Shown: piece after piece, positions 63,196 to 64,000 of the stretch | Layout of the letters: each line of letters begins with the position of its first letter | How positions within the stretch are numbered: the first letter of the stretch is position 1 | NCBI GenBank assembly: GCA_041479905.1 | Contig: JBGOYY010000010.1 | Coordinates: 1,370-65,369, forward strand | Length of the DNA stretch: 64,000 nt | Source: Candidatus Aminicenantia bacterium | GTDB taxonomy: Bacteria; Acidobacteriota; Aminicenantia; Aminicenantales; Saccharicenantaceae | Direction: 5' to 3' | Notes under the pieces: generated by a model | The model's input: only the letters and a program-made list of their open reading frames with translations | Database searches by the model: none | Told to the model about the DNA's origin: nothing | Made by a program: the position numbers and the translations under genes

Positions 63196-64000
63196 ATGCA
63201 TTTCCGTATCCCTCGTTTCTTATTGACCCTTCTGGCCCTGGGCTTCGTCCTGGGCGCCGGGGCGACGGTCCTGGCCCAAGCGCAGGTCACGGCCGAAGAT
63301 CTCAACCAGTTCGGCTGGCGCTGGGTGGGCCCGGTCAACTTTTCGGGCCGGATCACCGAATTCGCCGTGCCCCCGGGGCAATCCCAGGTCTACTACGTCC
63401 TGACCGCCAGCGGCGGGCTGTGGAAGACCGAGGACGCGGGCACGCATTTCGAGCCCCTCTTCACCAACTACGGCAACATGAGCATGGGCTTCCTGGCCAT
63501 CGCCCCGTCCAACCCCAACATCCTCTACTTGGGGACGGGCGAGCCGATGCACGCCCGCTCGAGCTCCCACGGCAACGGGATGTGGAAGTCGATCGACGCC
63601 GGCAAGACCTGGACGAAGATCGGCCTGGAGAAGAGCTACTTCATCCCCAAGGTCGCGGTCGACCCCAAGAACCCGGACGTCGTCTACGTCGCCGCGGAAG
63701 GCAAGCTCTACGACAACGCCATGGATTGCGAGCGCGGCTTCTACAAGACGACCGACGGCGGCAAGACCTGGGAACGCCTCTGGCCCCTCGACGACCGGGG
63801 CGTCGGCGACTTCGTCATCGACCCGCGCAATTCCGACGTCATCGTCGCCGCGGCCTACAAGACCTACCGCCGGACCTGGACTTACATCGACCGCCAGCCG
63901 GGGAACCACCTCTACAAGACGACCGACGGCGGTAAGACGTGGAAGAAGCTCGTCGAGGGCCTGCCCGTCAACGCCGAGCTCGGCCGCGCCGGCCTCGACA
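63196..64000 (+). CDS. BNR/Asp-box repeat beta-propeller protein (sortilin/VPS10-like 'glycosyl hydrolase BNR repeat' type), 3'-truncated by the window edge
   Basis: Not in the ORF track because no stop lies within the window. I translated it codon by codon from ATG 63196 (AGGAGGA lies 6 nt upstream) with no stop through 64000. It has a signal peptide and repeated SxDxGxTW-type boxes: TEDAGTHF, SIDAGKTW, and TTDGGKTW twice. Confidence 0.75.
   Translation, partial: MHFRIPRFLLTLLALGFVLGAGATVLAQAQVTAEDLNQFGWRWVGPVNFSGRITEFAVPPGQSQVYYVLTASGGLWKTEDAGTHFEPLFTNYGNMSMGFLAIAPSNPNILYLGTGEPMHARSSSHGNGMWKSIDAGKTWTKIGLEKSYFIPKVAVDPKNPDVVYVAAEGKLYDNAMDCERGFYKTTDGGKTWERLWPLDDRGVGDFVIDPRNSDVIVAAAYKTYRRTWTYIDRQPGNHLYKTTDGGKTWKKLVEGLPVNAELGRAGLD

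Noticed and set aside
1-64000. Search for tRNA, rRNA, tmRNA and CRISPR arrays in the intergenic regions
   Set aside because: By eye I found no cloverleaf-compatible segments, no rRNA-like conserved blocks and no regularly spaced direct repeats. A tRNAscan or Infernal run would be needed to be definitive.

Overview
This 64-kb window comes from a high-GC diderm bacterium. An Acidobacteriota-like origin is only a guess from gene content. No rRNA, tRNA or CRISPR array was seen.

**Left half (about 0.2-30.8 kb).** This is a mosaic, visibly lower-GC surface-polysaccharide (O-antigen/EPS) locus, almost entirely on the + strand. It contains:
- a decaying dTDP-rhamnose set: rfbC has a nonsense codon, rfbB and rfbA are intact, rfbD is broken;
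- CDP-hexose genes (ddhA, ddhB, ddhC, but no ddhD), followed by an RmlC-like epimerase, two C-methyltransferase-type enzymes and a reductase;
- Wzx, two GT2 genes and Wzy;
- an intact rve-type IS plus an IS1634-type remnant;
- a GT-C / polyprenyl-phosphate GT2 pair;
- a UDP-2-acetamido-2,6-dideoxy-L-hexose set (FnlA/WbvB-like, RmlD-like, 2-epimerase) with a WbuB-like GT4;
- WbpL-like and WbpM-like genes.

**High-GC export module (30.8-36.2 kb).** It encodes a beta-barrel OMP, Wza, a Wzc tyrosine autokinase and a PHP/CpsB-type phosphatase.

**Most interesting region (36.3-40.3 kb).** Three tandem paralogous secreted beta-sandwich proteins share a C-terminal motif-TM-tail tag that I do not recognise (FFK[ST]P[AI]GI, then a TM helix, then E-x-EASP[IV][KR] at the C-terminus). 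They are followed by an O-antigen-ligase(Wzy_C)::TPR fusion protein.

**Rest of the window.**
- hicBA and a reversed-order AbiEii/AbiEi module with a perfect 22-bp palindrome over its promoter
- a DUF362 protein and a beta-lactamase-family hydrolase
- tagD
- a 2071-aa thioester alpha-2-macroglobulin
- a DUF2961/GH172-like protein
- a minus-strand operon: gamma-CA-like, HAD, C39-like peptidase, PilZ, coiled-coil protein
- nrdJ
- OMPs, including a POTRA-less Omp85-like protein
- a 3'-truncated BNR/Asp-box protein

**Recurring non-coding element.** A conserved GC-rich core of about 80 nt sits at the apex of long hairpins that are not homologous to each other. It occurs twice, each time directly after a stop codon.

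Many long ORFs in the track are antisense or alternative-frame artefacts of the high GC content and were rejected.
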